From Bdellovibrionales bacterium (GTDB taxonomy: Bacteria; Bdellovibrionota; Bdellovibrionia; Bdellovibrionales; UBA1609): a stretch of 64,000 bases of DNA. Under the pieces are notes generated by a model. It searched no databases, was not told where the DNA came from, and saw only the letters and a list, made by a program, of their open reading frames with translations. Position 1 is the first letter of the stretch. Each line of letters starts with the position of its first letter. Made by a program: the position numbers and the translations under genes. The stretch covers positions 411,556 through 475,555 of the forward strand of contig OZ241840.1 of NCBI GenBank assembly GCA_965202645.1, given 5' to 3'. Shown piece after piece: positions 61,685-64,000 of the stretch.

Positions 61685-61760
61685 TATACTTTTCAAAGAG
61701 CGCTAAAGCCCCTTCTGTGAAGTATCGCTCAACCAAAGATGAAAGCCTTTGTGAATCCTC
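61685..61760 (+). repeat. 76-bp inverted copy of 63055-63130 (lipoprotein gene 3' part)
   Basis: Reverse complement with about one mismatch. Confidence 0.85.
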
Positions 61761-62008
61761 GCGCCTTTTTTAGCAGTTGCTATTTCAGTTTTAAAAAGCG
61801 CTTCAATAAGAGTTTCTTATGAATCAAGTTTTTGAAATAGATTGGCCAAAGGCTGGTCTCAACAAACAGCTGAAAGCATTTTAAATAAAGGGTTTTATAG
61901 CAAAACAGCAATATTTAAATGGCCGCTATAAAAAAATTATTTAAGTTATTTTAAAAATATGCCGTTAAGCTTTTTAGAATTTTACATTTACACACAGGAG
62001 GCTTTAAA

Positions 62009-62977
62009 ATGGATAAATCTTTGGGAAAGTTAACAAAAGTGGAATTAAGAGAATACTGGAAGGATGAGGCTAAAGATTTCACTCCTTGGCTGGCAAAGGA
62101 GGAAAATCTGGATCTATTGGGAGAAGCCATTCAAATGGAATTAGAATTGGTGGGGACCGAACAATCAGTGGGCAATTTTAAAGTGGATATTGTGGCAAAA
62201 GAGAAAAATAGCATAAATTCTGATCAATATATTGTTATTGAAAATCAATTAGAAAAAACGAACCATGATCATCTGGGGAAATTATTGACTTATGGAGCCG
62301 GACGCTCCGCAAAAGCTATGATATGGATTGCTCTAAAGCTAAAAGAGGAGCATAGAAAAACTCTTGATTGGCTGAATGAAAACACAAACGAAGATGTGAA
62401 TTTTTTTGGGCTGGAAATAGAGCTTTGGAGGATAGGAGATTCCAAACCAGCGCCACAATTTAATTTGGTTTCACAACCCAATGAGTGGGCAAAAGTCATG
62501 GCTCAACAGGATAAGATCTCTCAACTGGGAGAATTGCAGTTCCTTCAACAGGAATTTTGGAAAGGGTTTACGGAATATATGAGCTCGCATAAGAGCTTTT
62601 TGCATTTCCGTGATCCTAAAGCACAAAACTGGCTTAATTTTCCTATTGGCAAATCCGGTTTTAATGGCCTGTTGACTGTCGATTCTAAGTCAAAAAAAAT
62701 CAGCTGTGAATTGTATATTCAAAATAATGCCCCTGCCTTTATCAGCTTAAAAACAGATAAAGAGCTTATTGAAAAAGAGCTTAACACAAAACTAAAATGG
62801 AAGGAGCAGTCTCATCTAATACACAGCAGAATTGCCCAATATAAAGCGGCTGATTTTCAAGACAAAGAAAGCTGGGAGGAATTGTTTAAATGGCTTAAAG
62901 AAAGATCTGAGGCTTTTTATAAAGCCTTTCATAAACGATTGCAAAATTTGGATTCAATATACGACCTTGGCGCTTAA
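62009..62977 (+). CDS. DUF4268-containing PD-(D/E)XK (NucS-like) protein
   Basis: EAKDFTPWL, VDIVA...IENQLEKTNHDHLGKLLTY, then QEFW...PKAQNW. Confidence 0.85.
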   Translation: MDKSLGKLTKVELREYWKDEAKDFTPWLAKEENLDLLGEAIQMELELVGTEQSVGNFKVDIVAKEKNSINSDQYIVIENQLEKTNHDHLGKLLTYGAGRSAKAMIWIALKLKEEHRKTLDWLNENTNEDVNFFGLEIELWRIGDSKPAPQFNLVSQPNEWAKVMAQQDKISQLGELQFLQQEFWKGFTEYMSSHKSFLHFRDPKAQNWLNFPIGKSGFNGLLTVDSKSKKISCELYIQNNAPAFISLKTDKELIEKELNTKLKWKEQSHLIHSRIAQYKAADFQDKESWEELFKWLKERSEAFYKAFHKRLQNLDSIYDLGA

Positions 62978-63026
62978 TTTATTTTAGGAAATTTAAAAGC
63001 CGGCAAAGACAAGGATTTCCGGCAAA

Positions 63027-63599
63027 TTAAAAGTCATCCAACTGCTCAAATGCGGAGGATTCACAAAGGCTTTCATCTTTGGTTGAGCGATATTTCACAG
63101 AAGGGGCTTTAGCGCTCTTTGAAAAGTATAAGTCAATAAAAGAACAGCCCATGACGCCAGACCAATAGCGGAGGGCAAAATCCGCCTTTTCGCCAGCCGG
63201 ATTTTTTATAATAAAAAATTTATACCCTTTTCCCACAAAAACAGGCTGTTTTTTCCCGGAAACCTTATTATAGATGAGGGCGGAAGAGGCTTGATCTTTG
63301 GAGGTGTCTGGATTTTCCTCATTAGAGTAAAAAACAGGAGGGTGTAAAACAATTTCCCAGCCGGCGATAATTGTCCGCTGTGGCAAAAGGCCGGAGGGAA
63401 TAAATTTTTTGATTTTTTCCTCATCTCCTGTTCCAAATAAATAAACAGTCCGCCCTTTTTTAGCTGTCAGCCAGTTGTCTTTTGTCAAATCTGTTTGATA
63501 GGAATAAGAAGAGGCTGACTCTCGAGAGGAGCTGATTTTTGAGCCATGCAGGCAAGAGAGAAAAGCGGACAAAACCGCAAAGAGGAATATAAATTTCAT
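63027..63599 (-). CDS. Putative lipoprotein
   Basis: Lipobox FLSC after a hydrophobic signal. Confidence 0.7.
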   Translation of the reverse strand: MKFIFLFAVLSAFLSCLHGSKISSSRESASSYSYQTDLTKDNWLTAKKGRTVYLFGTGDEEKIKKFIPSGLLPQRTIIAGWEIVLHPPVFYSNEENPDTSKDQASSALIYNKVSGKKQPVFVGKGYKFFIIKNPAGEKADFALRYWSGVMGCSFIDLYFSKSAKAPSVKYRSTKDESLCESSAFEQLDDF

Positions 63600-63889
63600 T
63601 CTTTTTTCATTTTATCCGTTTTTTAAAAGGCTCACTCCATCGGCTGGCCTCATGGACGCGCTTGGGCTTCACTCCACCGGCTGGCCTCTTTGAGATGCTT
63701 AGGCTCTCTCCTCTTTATATATTATATCCCGCAACCCCGCAAATATGAAGTTTTTAATCTCACAGGTTTTTTTAGGCGGGTTATTACTGCCCTAACATCC
63801 CGCAAATATGAAGTTTCAATGGGGCCGGGCTTCTATTTTTTCAGATTGTTGTTGATTTTTCCCAGAAAATTGGGTATAAGTAAAGCGCT

Positions 63890-64000
63890 ATGGCGGAGCT
63901 TTTAAAACAAGTCCAATATTTGAAAGACAATGGCTTTACAGAACAGCAGGCCAATACTCTAATTTATTTTCATAAGGACAGGGTGGAAAGCGATTTAGCC
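63890..64000 (+). CDS. Partial CDS, DUF1640/CCDC90-like N-terminus
   Basis: Hand translation MAELLKQVQYLKDNGFTEQQANTLIYFHKDRVESDLA runs off the window end. Confidence 0.5.
   Translation, partial: MAELLKQVQYLKDNGFTEQQANTLIYFHKDRVESDLA

Overview
Bacterial chromosomal window of about 43% GC (estimated by eye). The gene content suggests a Bdellovibrionota/Oligoflexia-like host, which is inference only. It mixes housekeeping genes (rplU-rpmA, mfd, mmsA, infA, prpB/prpC, dusB, clpB, rpsL-rpsG, icd), many secreted repeat or orphan proteins, and a defence island at about 1.5-13 kb (orphan MTase, BsuBI/PstI-type RM pair, type IIG RM, MNT-HEPN TA). The main result is a minimal type VI CRISPR locus. 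It has a 797-aa two-HEPN effector resembling compact Cas13bt/Cas13X (53042-55435) and an array of eight 36-nt repeats (55552-56048). The array has its own sigma70-like promoter and a leader that folds back on repeat 1. No cas1/cas2 or accessory gene is visible, and an Rpn nuclease with an internal RpnS-type start lies next to it. Intergenic DNA is heavily remodelled: a 216-bp MITE with 8-bp TSDs, dispersed IS3 and IS481 ends (one forms the entire rplU-rpmA spacer), and near-exact 76-131 bp copies of resident gene fragments. All family calls come from motif recognition, not database searches.
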